A DNA stretch of 64,000 nt from Gnetum montanum (lineage: Eukaryota > Plantae > Gnetophyta). The notes beneath the pieces were generated by a model that saw only the letters and a list, made by a program, of their open reading frames with translations, was not told where the DNA came from and ran no database searches. The stretch is from the NCBI GenBank assembly GCA_015680685.1, contig MNCI01003467.1:964731-1028730 (forward strand). The letters are read 5' to 3'. Made by a program: the position numbers and the translations under genes. The stretch's first letter is position 1. Each line of letters starts with the position of its first letter. Shown here piece by piece: positions 37,464-50,444 of the stretch.

Positions 37464-40400
37464 TTCTTAGCTACCAACTAAGGCCTGATGTCATTGTAAT
37501 AAGGTGTTCACCCTTGTTGTCATGAACACTAGTTTTGTCAAGTATTGTAATGATGATCCATTCACATGTCATCCCATTAGTTCCATTCCCCTCAATAATC
37601 CCATACCTTCCCAATATTTTGTAAGGAACTCGAGGATAAGTTTTCATTCAATCATGGAGGTATGATAAGATGTGATTTGCATGAGTCGTGATATCACGGC
37701 CTCCAAAATATCGCATCCCATGCGATATCGCATAGGTGATATCACGTCGTCCCCTACGATATCGCATACGTGATATTGTGGTCTATTGCCATATCTATAA
37801 ATAAGAGGTAACTCTCCCTTTTTTATCCATCCTAAGTTAGAAGTAGGAAAACTTTGGCAGTTTGATCACACTAGAGATAGCATATTTTCCATGTGCCCGC
37901 AGTAGGAGTCCTAAAGTGAATAGATCTTTATTTGAGAAACATTGTACCTGAACACAAGTTGTGTATGGAAATAAAGATGAGCTTCTTGGATAAACCTTGT
38001 AGTGCGTGGAATAGGATTTTATTTATTATTTTCTCTCTCACCCTTAAACTCCTAGAATGCGGTATGATTACGACTTGATTACGAGCATATAAGGATATGT
38101 ACGGATAGTCAAGGAATCGGCTGCTCATCGCATGTAGTATGAGTACGACTTGATTACGATCATCTAGTGTGACTACTTGGTAACCCAGTGGCGTATCCAA
38201 GATCTACGCTTGGTAATCCTAGTGGTAGTCCCATATGTGTATAGTTAGTCAAGGAATTGGCTACTCATTGCATGTAGGCTAGATAGATTCTCTCAACCCT
38301 TTCCTCCTAGTTAAGTGCCTCAGTACGACCACTTTGAGCACATGAGTTACGCACGATGATCCCAGCAACGATTAGCATTTGGTAGCAATGGTTGCATTGG
38401 TTCAGGGTGTGTACGGTAAGTGGGAACGGATGCTGATGCTAGGTAATTTAGACTTAGTCATTAGTTAGAGTTATTTAGTTTCTCAACCCTTCACCTTGTT
38501 AGCATAGGAGACATAAAACATAAAAACTATAAAAAATCATATACCTCGAACTTACTTAACCATACACCATGACAACTACAAGTAAGTATGGGAATACAAT
38601 GAATGATTAACCCCAAGTGTTCCATGGGGTGTGTAGGCACTTAGTCTGTGGAGTTTGACCAGATCGCACATGCTACGCTCGTTTCATATGGTTGAGTGTA
38701 AAGGTACCTCGCCATGCATCAAGAGCTTTGGAAAAATTTTTTGCTTCAAAACACTTCTCATTCTCAACGTGGTTGCTACATATCACCTCTTAGGTAGCAT
38801 TAAGGCTTCCATCCTTCCAATATTCAAGCTTTACTAGTGTAGATCATTAAAACCATAAAGAAAAGAGGTGGAAGAAGTAAGAACCTAGTGATTGATGAGG
38901 AAGATGTCATAGGCCAAGGCATCTTCCATCTAACCAAGCTTGTTGTGGTACAAAACTCACATGTTGTAACCCCAGGGTAGGCCATTGCTAGTCATTTTTT
39001 TTGTTTCCTAAACATTTTTTGATGTTTTCTTTATTTTGGAATAGGGCCATATTTCTAGATCTAGGATAGGGTGTTTCTTAAAATTACATTTTGATGAAAT
39101 CCTACCTGCTACATATGTTTCAATAAGGGGTATTTGATCATATAGGGAAGGAATATACTCCTTCCCATATTGGTTTATGAGCTCATACATCCTTTTTTCC
39201 TCTACTTCCATCCATGGAATAAGCATGCTAGCCTAGATTTTGATGCAAACGTAGTTATAGTGACCTTCATTTATTACCAAGAACATAGGACTTTGCATCC
39301 TAAGTCACAAGGATTACCTACATTCAACCATAGCAAGGTCATTGGGATCATAGATCCTCATAGCTTGTTGCTCAGACATGTTGTTAGTAAAGTTAAAAGG
39401 AAAGAAGTTTGATTTGCCAAATGACATGATGAGAATTCTAAAAAAGGCTAAATAAAAGCTATAAATGGGTGAGAAAAAGTGAAAATTCAAGCAAGTAGAA
39501 ATGACAAAAAGTTAAGAATGATAAAAATGACCAAAAATAGGTTATTTACTATAAATAGTAAGATGGTTGTCAAAGGGGGTATACACCTTTTCTAAAAGTA
39601 GCAAAAGGTGATATCAAACTCCATCCACTCTGGGCTTCATAGCTGCACCCATACTGGGTGTAGCAAGGGGAACGAAATGAAGGTAAGATGGAAGGTCTTG
39701 CAACTTTTTATTCAACATTGGTTTGTGTGTGGGGCAGGGGATTGGGGGCAAGTGGCATGATTTACATTTTGGAAATTCTATTTTCTACTAAGAAAAAGAA
39801 AAGGCAAAATGGGCTTTAGAAAGGTTGTCAATGTTTCTTTTGCTAAAAATTTTTCATAGAAAAAGGGGGATGGTGGTTTAATTGTTGAAACTATCAACAC
39901 TAGCTTCCCTGAAAAATTTTGGTAGCAAAAGGGGGTAAAGGCTGAAATATTAAACCCACACCGGCTTTAAAAATTCATAGCAACTATTGTGAAAACTTTA
40001 AAAGCAAAAGCACCTACAGTTTCCACACTAGGTTTTGGTTGCATGGGATATGGAGGCAATGCTAGGTTTTATATAGATTCAAAGGTTTTGGCTGAAAATT
40101 TAGATCTAGAACTTGCAAATCAATGTTGGAAATAAGCACATAGGAGGCCCTCCTTATAGTGCTAGAAAAAAATATAGTGATTAAAAAACTCAATTTCTAG
40201 AGAAACCAAGAAATTTCCAACACAACAACCTTTACCTTAGATGTCTAGAGCCTCCATGAAGAAATAAAATTTGTGATGGCTTGGATGGTCTGGCAGATCA
40301 CCAAAGGACTTAGGAAATGTAAAATAGGAGTAATAAAAAAAATTTAAAATATAGATGTGGAAGAAAAATTATGTCAAAATGAAATAAATGAATAAACTTA

Positions 40401-41616
40401 CATAGGAATAAAACTATAAAATTTATTTCAAAAGAATAAAGGAGGTAAAAAAATGTGTATAAGATGGCCTATGCAGTAGGGGAGTTCACTTCATGGCAGT
40501 TCAGAGTCTGTTGAAGCTTCTATGATCAAATCCATGATTTAAGGGTCTTGCCACTCCTAATGCTCTCGAACCTTTGCTAATCTCCAACCAGATGTAGTGT
40601 GTTGTTGATGTAGTAGGTAATAAATGTGAGGGATTTGGATTATCAAAGTGGACAATGTTGGAAGTTTGGATTTTGAGGTGCTTAGTGTTGATATCACAAT
40701 CTCACAAATCTCAAGGAGGGGATAACATGATATGGGAGTTCCATGCTGGGGGATTTGAGAAGATGCATGTATGAAAAATTGCAAGAGCTCTCAAATTCCA
40801 AAATGCAAAAAAAATTTGAATTTTGAAACCCTTTCATGGTGTTGGGCCTTAAGTTTTATAGGTTTTTTGGCCATAAATCTTGCTATAAATTCTACCTGAT
40901 TTTTGAAAAACTTCTATTATACGCAAGTGTGGTGGGTGTGCAAATCATGGGGGGTTAATATATGGGATAAGTGCTATTCTACATGGCATCAAAGCCATTC
41001 TATTTACTAAAAATAGTAAATAGGAATTTCACCCATGCCAGATCTTTCTAACATTGGGCCTTATGATAGCAACATTGATGTGCATGATCCTCATTGAAGT
41101 TGGTGCAATGTTGAGGTCTTGGCCATGTTGGATCAGTGTTGGGGTGATGAAGTATCAACATTGGGGAGGGTGATGTTTCAATGCTCGAGGGGAGGGAAGG
41201 AAGAAGTTTACATGCCCCCTCTTCCCTTGGCCCCATGATTTACATGATTGATATCATATCCTCCAATGTTGGGAATAGGTGGGCCACACCCCTAGTAAGT
41301 GAGTTATATCTCCAACGGGTACCTCTAGGATGAAAAATGGTACACCTCCCATAAAACCAATCAAAATGTCAATTTTGGCATTCCAAAAGGCATTTTAACC
41401 CCCTCCCAAGCCCAAATATAGTCATTATATAACTTTTTTCACTTGGAGGATGAGGCTTTAACCACTTATGAGGCTTTTTTCAGTTCCAAAACTATAAAGT
41501 ATGTGAGATTACACCTCATAGGTTACAATCTTCACATTTATAACGAAGTTTAGCCTTGGGTTTTATGAGATGGGGTTACCAAGGTTACAACATGCAAATT
41601 TGATGGTTTTTTGACA

Positions 41617-42218
41617 TGAACAACAATAAAATTAAGATTTTCTATATCCATTACATCTCTTAGATTAGTTTACTATTTTATTTATGTACTTTACTTTCCA
41701 TGCACTTTATATTTATGTTATGTTCTCAATTAGTTAATATAATTATTCATAAACATGTGTGTATGACCATTTTGAGCATAATGTATTAACACTTGGTAAT
41801 TCCAACAATGGAGATTTCATATACTCAGTAATAGCCACTTGATAATCTTGTAGTGTTAATACTAGTTCAAGATGTGGATAACATGTGGGATTAGATATTG
41901 CACATTAATATAGTTTGTTATTAAACTAGTTCATTAGTTAAATAATTAATCATTCAACATTCACTTAAACATCTAGCCATTAGGAGAAAATATACTAAAA
42001 ATAATTATAAAAAATGCACCCATATGTCTTAATCACACTTAACCATATGTATAGATAAAACACAAGTGTGGGTTAAGAAATAACAATCCTACAACTACAT
42101 GATTTACTACTTAGAAATATTGGCTACTTAAGTAACTAAGTATATGGAATTCATGTGAATCACTAGTACACAATTGAGATTTAGATGGTTGAGTGTAGGG
42201 GATACTTGCTACTCATTA
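41617..42218 (+). mobile_element. 3' part of an Athila-like LTR, probably the remainder of the LTR starting at 19938
   Basis: Ends ggttgagtgtaggggatacttgctactcatta, matching the family terminus ggttgagtgtaggggtaccttgccactcatca. Confidence 0.65.
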
Positions 42219-42239
42219 GATATTATATTAACCATGGGT

Positions 42240-43890
42240 AATTTTGCATAGATTTGGAACTCCATGCTTTTATTTCTTATTCCAAAAATTAATCATGTGT
42301 CAAGGCCTAAATAATATTATTCCATAAGTTTGTGTTTTATGCTATACAAAATTTATTCTAAGATCGTAACACACTGTATCAAAAAAATCCTTTCTTAGCT
42401 AATTGTTACCATGTAGATAGGTTTTCTAAAATGCTAGAATATCACATACCACATTATTGTGATGCATGAGAACTTGAATTAGGCCCATTGCATGTGGATG
42501 AAAGTAGTGATAGTTAAGTTGGATATTGCCAAAGCCTATGATAGCATTAGCTAGAATGTGTTCATATGTATCATGTAACTACATGGCTTCTCTAAATGGT
42601 ATAATAATTGAATTACCTTCATTCTTCATACCACCAAATGTTTTATTTAGATTAAGGAGATGTAGTTACATTGGTTCTCACTATGATGTGTACTATGATA
42701 ATATGACCCCCTATCTTTATATTTGTTTACAATCATCTTAGAATTCCTTGATATGTGCTTAAGGTATGTGGTACTAAGTAACTTTTATGGAATGACCACA
42801 TTCAAAAAAATGTAAAAAATACCATCATCATGATTAAGGCCAATGTTCTAGAAGCTAAGAAGCTACACGTGGGGATTTCAACCTTCATGCATACATGTGG
42901 GTTGATGATTAATTAATTAAAGTCAACTTTCTATGGATTATATTACTCCCAAAAGAGGCTTACCAGAACTACCAATATCCTTGAAGTGAAGATCAAGTTC
43001 CTTCTGGATAACTACTTGGAACATCTTTCTCTTCTAGGAAAGCCTAAGACCCAGATGTGAAAATACATTATTCATAACTTTCAAGAGAAATTAATATCAT
43101 GGAAAAAAAACCTTGCTCTTATTTGTTGAAATAATTCTTCTAGCGAAAAAAATTATAGAGGACATTCTACTATATACATCACTATGATTTCTTCAATAAG
43201 AAGCATAATTAATATCCTTGATAAAATTATTTACAAATTCATTTGGCAAGTGATGGAGGAAAGGAAAATAGTTCATTTGATAAGGTAGAAGATAGTGGCC
43301 AAGGTAAAGGAGTTTGAAGGCCTCAACACCATAAGCTTAAGAAAAATGATTAAAAAGAAACTTGGCCAATTGGATTTGGAGCTAGAGAGATGTGCACCAC
43401 ATCACGTAACTTGGATTAATGTGTTTCGTCAAAGATAAAGACACTAATAGCTAGTAGGAAAAACTAGAAAACCAATGGATCATGATTTATGTGTTAAGTT
43501 TCATAGGCTTGAAACAAGTTCCAATAAGTCATTGTGTGGATTAATCTCCACCCTCCTCTCACTTCCACCTTCTTCTAGTAGACATTTAGTAGAATTAGTC
43601 AATGAACTTCTAAATTTGAGAAATGTGGCCATGGTTAGTCAATTAGATGATACATTGTGAATCCTATAGTAGATGAAAGATTATTCCATTAGTGGAGATT
43701 GCACATGTGTTTGAACTCATATGTATGTGATGGCATGTTTTATATGGCTAAGTCTTTCATAGAATTGATACCATGAAAAGGAGATTTTTAATCTAGCCTC
43801 CATGAACCAATGGAAAAATCCCAATGATTGCATGGGAAACACATTGATTCTAGTATCCTGATTCATCTAGAAGGAAGCTTTGGTAGGATT
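42240..43890 (+). pseudogene. Highly degenerate L1-type LINE ORF2 (RT) fragment
   Basis: LIPKINH...SISLCFMLYKIYSKI; KLDIAKAYDSIS; DPLSLYLF; VHLIR*KIVAKVKEFEGL. Confidence 0.8.
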
Positions 43891-45317
43891 TGACTTCTTA
43901 AAGATATTACTTCTTGTATCAAACTCCTCATTATTATTTGTATTAATATTTTATTTACTTCAACCTTGCACACTATATTTGTTATATTTTGGCACCATTG
44001 TGGTATTCCACCATCATAGTTTTATATCATTTTTGTTGATTTGATTAACATTTGTTAATTTCCTTGCTAGTACTTGGTTATAACTATTACTAGATATTAT
44101 GATTGGTCATTCTATTTGATGTAACACTTTATGTATCTTAAATATTAAGGGTGAGGTATTAAATGTATGTCTTAGTCCTCTCCTCCCTTAGGTCATGGTT
44201 TTTTTGGTTACTTATATTTGATCTTATAAACTTCACATTGTATTGGGGTAAGATGGTGAGTAAATGTTTAATCAAAGTTGAAAAATAACCATGATAATAA
44301 TAAAATCCTATGTTCCATTACTTGAGAGTCAATTTTTAAAAGCTTAATTATCATATTTAAAAACATTAGATGAGATTTCTACTATGAGAAAATGATTTGA
44401 AAGAAACTCTTACAAAAATTGCAATAGTGGATTATAATATTAGGATGACGCATATGTTAATTCTATTAATTATGTTTAGTGAGTTTGTGCTATTGGTACA
44501 AAAATAGAATTCCACATATAAAATATGGCAAAATAGTTGGAGGAAACATTTGAAGTGAAGAATAAATCAAAGGTACTTTTCCTTTAGAATCAATTGTATT
44601 CACTTTAGTAAAAAGATGATGAACCCATCACAACCCTTGTTTAGAAAGTATTTACATTGCAAACCTAAGATGCAAGAGTATTAGATGAAACAATAAAGTT
44701 CTCTTTGCTTACAGCTTTACCACTATTGTATGATGTCTTTAGACAAACAATGAAAAATGATGACAAGACCTACACTATGATGAAACTAAGTGAAAAGATC
44801 CTCAAAGAAAAAGCAGAAATGAATCTATATACCTCAGCATTAGAATCAAACTCTTAAGTAGTGATGGTAAACTTGAAAGAAGACTTAAAGAGATAAAGAA
44901 TGTCAAGGTATTTCCATATTTATAAAAAATAATATAGTCATGACATAGATTATTATTATGATAATCAACATAATTCCAAAGCTAATGTCATGGAAAAAAG
45001 ATAGACTAATAAGATTATTAAAAATTAGATGACAAAGTTAAATAAGAAAAATAAAAAATATTCTAAATTAAAGCCTATAACTGCTAATGTTATAAGGAAT
45101 AAGGCTCTATCTATATTGATTCTTAAGTCTCACAACATTTTATGGAGAATTTATCTTTATTAACATATCGAAAGAACATGCCCAATCCATACTATGTAAG
45201 AATTGGAGATGGTTGGTTAATTAAAATTATTCAAAGTAGGAAAATAATGATTTTTGGATTAAAATTAAAAAATATTGATTATAATAAATAATTTTTCATG
45301 TATTTAATTTTAGTATT

Positions 45318-46122
45318 TGATGAGTTATCATTTTCTTGGTCGCGATATTGCATACGCGATATGGCAACTTGTCTCCTCATCTATAAATAAGAGGTAGACA
45401 GATCTGATAGGTAGTTTTAGAGTTAGTAGTTAGAGTTGTTAGATTTAAGTTTATTTTTACATTATTTTTTCTCTCAACCCTTCTCTCCTAGTGTATTGCC
45501 ACAGTGTGGTGATTGTAATTGTTTGACATCCTTATTCGAGTGTGACGTACTTGGACACGCACATGATTGGAAATAAAGATCGAGATTACTTCATCATTGC
45601 AGCATTCACTTCACTTAATTATTTATTTAATTGTTATTTACTACTTTCTTAGTTAATATCTTCTTACCCTAAACTCCTGTTAAACGCAGAATGAGTACGA
45701 CTTGATCACGAGCATTTAAGTGTGACTACTTGGTAACCTAGTAGCATACCTAGGATATGCGCTTGGTAATCCTAGTGGTAGTCATGCACGAGGTCCAAGA
45801 TGTGTACAGATGATTGAGGAATGGATGCTCATCACACTTAGGCTAGCTTAGATTCTCTCTCACCCTCTTTCTCTTATCTTAGTTAATATTATTTTCCATT
45901 ATACCCAGGAGTAGCATTAGTATAGGAACACATCATACACCTCATTCTAGACTAAACCATATGTGACAAAGTTAACAGTAGTCCAAATGGGAAGATAGCG
46001 AACTGCGACCTAAGGATAACTATCTAGATACCACAATGAGCCCATCTACGGAGTTCGACTGGATCATGCGTGAAACACTCATACTCATATGGTTAAGTGT
46101 AGGGGTACCTCACCACTCATCA
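45318..46122 (+). mobile_element. Solo LTR of the Athila-like family
   Basis: TGATGAG...CTCATCA termini; perfect TSD GTATT (45313-45317 / 46123-46127); shares ctataaataagagg and other blocks with 31171-32199. Confidence 0.93.
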
Positions 46123-46605
46123 GTATTCCAATTAACAAATGAAGGTTTAAGTATTTACTTTAAGAAAAATAAGCATGACATGTCATATTGTGCAATACAT
46201 CATATTAGTGGTATTATGACCTAAGGTGTAGCATGCAATGGTACCTTTAATTTGGTGGATCATCAAGTTGAGAGAATGCATATGGTAGAAAATAAAGATT
46301 CATTAAAAAATGACATTTAAGACTTGAACATGTCAATATTAATATTCTAAAGAAAATACATTATTTTTATTTGGAGATTCCTAAGTTTAATGAAAACGAC
46401 ATACTTGATTATGTCTCTTCTAAGTTTGGAAAAATGTACCATCTACCATTTATAAAGCACTATGAAATTAAGACCACAAAAATACTTAAGATAATACATT
46501 TAGATATTTGTGAATATTTTCATCACAAGGAATAAGAAATGAAAATTATTTTATTACTTTTATTAATGATTTTAGTCAAATGACATGACTTTATGAAATG
46601 GTCAT

Positions 46606-49394
46606 TGTTGGCGACCGTTTGGGACGCGACCGCCAACGAGTGTCCTCGAACAGGATTTAGGTGCCTGCTGGTCTCTGGCAACACCAAGGCCCAGATACCT
46701 CCAAATAAACTCAATAGTTAATGTGAGTATGTGTGTGTGCTGTTGCGGCATGTGGTAGTGAGAAGTGGAACGATTGCGTTGTGTAAACTACAAATGACTT
46801 ACTTTAAAGAGATTCAGCCAACTTTGCCAAGTACTGTGAGTTGTTGAAAATTTCCTATTTTGTTCAACTTCCTAGTCTACACGGTCCTTATAATACCTAC
46901 TTGTAACAAATAAAATTTTGCAAAAACATTTGAGCACAACTCCGCAAATCTACTCCTAATTTTCCCCAGAGAAAGAGATAGTTCCACAAGAAAACTAGAA
47001 ATAGAGCAAGATTCGATGGAAATAAGCAGAAAAGAAAAGAAACAAGAATTGTGTAGACCTCAAATATTTAAACAAGGTAAAATGACACGAGTAAACACTT
47101 CGCAATAAAGCTATCCCAAATTCAATATCTACGAATTGTTCAAACTTCCAAGGCTCAAACAAGCAATATCTTCAAGACAATCCTACTATGCTACCAAAAA
47201 TTGCTGCGTAAACTACCACGTACGAGACTCCATTTTGACTAGATAATAGATGTCAACGATTGCATTCAAACAGAACCTTTAAAAGACTTGACAATTTCTG
47301 ATTGAAATACCACGAGAATTCACTTTAAAGATAAAAAGAAGCTATTCTGGTCCCATCAAAATACCAAAGATTTTCTGAACCCTCTCGACTACTGAATTGT
47401 TCAACGGCGTGACTACAAACAGAGGCTCTCTTACAACAATCCCAATAGCAGTTCCCACACGTTGCACAATAACGAAATTTACTACTAAAATGCTCTTAAG
47501 GCTTTTAAACACAAGCGCTTCTATGGCAAAATTTTAATAGAAATTTCTATCGGGCAACAAGAACAGTAAGAGCAATCTAAAAATCCCAAAATTACTTGCC
47601 AAGGATGATACTATCTAAACCACTAGCTAAACAATTTAAACAAAACAAAAAATGAAATGCATAACTCACAGGACCATGACAAAGAGGCTGAAATCTTTAT
47701 TCTAGCAAGCCATCTTGCAAGAAATCGTCACAACTTCTTCTTTACAAAATGCTCTTCTCCCCAAGACTCAAATTGTCTCCAAGTGAGAGCCCAAGTGCTA
47801 ACTAGTAGCCTTCAAAGTGTGATGTATGAGACCCCAAGTGTGATGTGAGAAGTGATGATATGAGACTCCCCTCGTGATGATATGAGACTCCCCCCCTTTA
47901 GCCCTTTTATAGGGTTCAAAGGTAGTTAGGTAAGTTACATCTTCAAAAATATCTTACCTAACTTTTCTCCCAAGTAACTTGGCTAACCAATTAGGAGGTT
48001 ACTTGCTCAACAAGTTAGGTAAGTTACAACAATTTTGGATAGTTATGACCATCATATATAAAAATCTGCAACTAACAAGTGTTTACTTCATATATGATAT
48101 TGGGTAAATATCCCAAGAATTTTGTCTTTGAATATAACTTCAATTTAGAGGTAGGTATCCAGCATTTATATCCAATGTTTATCTTGTTAAGTTGAGGCTT
48201 TAGAAATGTAATCGTTCATTTTTACATGTAACATAATCGGTTATAAAACTAATTTTAAGGAATGGCAAATATACGTTTCAAAAGTAAATAATTTTCCAAC
48301 GCCGTTAATCGAGTTTCCCAATGGCTTCTCCTATACGCAACCTATTCCCTTAGCTTGCGCTTCATTCTACCAAACTTGCTTCGTCCACTATTTTGCAGCC
48401 ACTGCTCTGCCTTGGATTGGCCCGAGGTCTTCTTTCCCAATTCATACATGATTGCCGCCACCGTTGGTTCATTGCTGATGTTGCTGAAGCCCTGATGCTA
48501 CTTTGCTGCCGCCATCTCCACATCTTCCGCATCCGCCATGGCTGTGTGTCGTCCATTGAACTCCCACAAAATCGATGGCAGTTTGAACCGCTTCTATGCA
48601 TAGCTCAGCAGTAGTTACTATTTCACCCATATCGGCAGTGAAATGGCTTGACACTGTAAACCCTCGGCGAAGATGTCCTACTCCAGTTCGTGGGCAGCAT
48701 TCAAGTCCAGCACATTTGTATTTTGTTTTTTTTCGTTTTTGCTGATAACCGTCTAGAATCGCAGGCATAGGTGTAGGCATGGTAACCGCCTGCATTTTAG
48801 CCCTGTTTCATTCATTTTACTATAGCCTCTGCCCAAGAAATTAGGCTCACTGTGGAAACAGAAAAAGAAACCCTGTGCGGAAAGTATTTGATAAAATTTC
48901 GAAGAGGAATATGAAGTTATTTCTAGCATTTTCTTGGCAAAATTTAGCGGCAAGCATCACTTTTTTTTGTTGCTGTGTTGATACCATATTTTTTTTTATG
49001 TTTGAGAGCACAAGATGTGCCCCTATCCCTGAAAATATTCAGTGCAGTATACTATACTGTTTCTTCTTACCACAGAATCTATTTTCTCTGTTCATTGGCT
49101 TTAATGCGGATCTGTAAAAGTAGGACCGACACCATTCTTGAATAATGTTTATCATCAATATATTTGTATGGCCAGGCCAGGTATATCTCGTGTCCGCCAC
49201 TGCTACTGAACTAGTCTGAGTTTGGTAGAATGTAATATGCCGAAATATTACATTCTTTGCCCAATGTAAGGTTTAAAATAAAATATGTGTTTCATCACCG
49301 TAAACTCATCCGAATTTTTACACCTATTTTATTTTTATTCTCTTTAAGTAGACTGAAACTCCTGCTCCATGTAGTGGCTGGAAATGTGCCAACA
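46606..49394 (-). mobile_element. Large solo LTR (~2.8 kb) of another family
   Basis: TGTTGGC...GCCAACA termini; TSD gtcat/atcat (1 mismatch); minus-strand TATA ccctataaaagggc at ~47901-47914; copia integrase resumes after it. Confidence 0.8.
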
Positions 49395-49467
49395 ATCATG
49401 AAGTCACAAGTCATGGAAAATTTTAAAAATTTTAAAATGGGGATTGAAAATGAAAAGAACATTAAGA

Positions 49468-50440
49468 GGTTACAAGGTCGTTGGAACGGATGGGCTTTGC
49501 CCGTTTCTGTGTCTGGCAAACCCTGACGGCGACCGACTTCATCCAAGAGGTCATCTTGGAACTCCTAGGGGGGGAGGAATCCCTCCAAATTACCTATGAA
49601 AACATGGACACTAGGGACTATACGCTACACTGCACAGCCCCCCGAATGGACCAGCTTGACGGCTGTGGGTGCTATGGTAAGTTGGGCCATCGCGAGGCAG
49701 ATTGTCGATTTCGCAGGCCCCGATCGAAGAACCTGGCCCGCCAGCTTTTCGAGGAGGGAAACTGGGTCACCAGGGGCCATAAGGGATGCCTCCACCCCCC
49801 CAAGGCCTCCTCCCCCACCCCCCTCGCACACACTCACCCCGACCCGAACACGCTGACCCCCTCGCACCATGCCCCATCCCCCCCACCCANNNNNNNNNNN
49901 NNNNNNNNNNNNNNNNNNNNNNNNNNNNNNNNNNNNNNNNNNNNNNNNNNNNNNNNNNNNNNNNNNNNNNNNNNNNNNNNNNNNNNNNNNNNNNNNNNNN
50001 NNNNNNNNNNNNNNNNNNNNNNNNNNNNNNNNNNNNNNNNNNNNNNNNNNNNNNNNNNNNNNNNNNNNNNNNNNNNNNNNNNNNNNNNNNNNNNNNNNNN
50101 NNNNNNNNNNNNNNNNNNNNNNNNNNGTCCCCCGCCAAGACTCCCCACTGCTCCCAATCACCAGCCACCACTCACCAACCACACCCACCATAACCGAAAC
50201 CAGTGCTCCCCCCACTGGGAGAATGGGTCAACGTCGTCTGGAGGAGCACCCGGACCCGATAGTGCAAGGCATCGCAGTCCCTAGCTGAGGAAGCCGGCTG
50301 CACCCCTATGGTCCATGAGGCGGAGGGGCACCCAGGCTGCCTGACTGAGTCCCGGTCCAGAAGTTGACAAGCCCAACGACACATCGACTTGGGCCAACAG
50401 CAGACCTTACGGGAGGTCTACCAGCGCCACACCTCTGGTT
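49468..50440 (+). pseudogene. LINE ORF1, C-terminal part (zinc-knuckle region plus Pro-rich tail)
   Basis: RMGFARFCV...LQITYEN...CYGKLGHREADC resembles the plant L1 zf-CCHC_4 region; N-terminus absent; N gap 49890-50126. Confidence 0.75.
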
Positions 50441-50444
50441 GCGC

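Larger units (their letters stand above)
31171..38721 (+). mobile_element. Non-autonomous Athila-like LTR element, gag-protease only (TR-GAG-like), with both LTRs
   Basis: 5' LTR 31171-32199 and 3' LTR 37663-38721 are clearly homologous; perfect TSD AGAGC (31166-31170 / 38722-38726); tRNA-Asp-type PBS; no RT/RH/INT motifs inside. Confidence 0.93.
22080..41616 (-). mobile_element. Large Tat/Ogre-like element: 5' LTR ~39430-41616, long 5' internal region, pol, 3' UTR, truncated 3' LTR 22080-22773; contains a nested element at 31171-38721
   Basis: 22090-22773 aligns with 40920-41616; minus-strand PPT aaaaaggggccaa precedes TGAAACACC at 22773; pol on minus strand. Inner boundary of the 5' LTR and the PBS were not resolved. 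Confidence 0.75.

Noticed and set aside
38970-38984. Minus-strand tggcctaccctgggg as the PBS of the Tat element
   Set aside because: No convincing tRNA match or adjacent LTR end; it falls inside the putative 5' ORF.
48300-48960. Overlapping short ORFs in a GC-richer part of the solo LTR (captured gene?)
   Set aside because: No recognisable motif or consistent frame.
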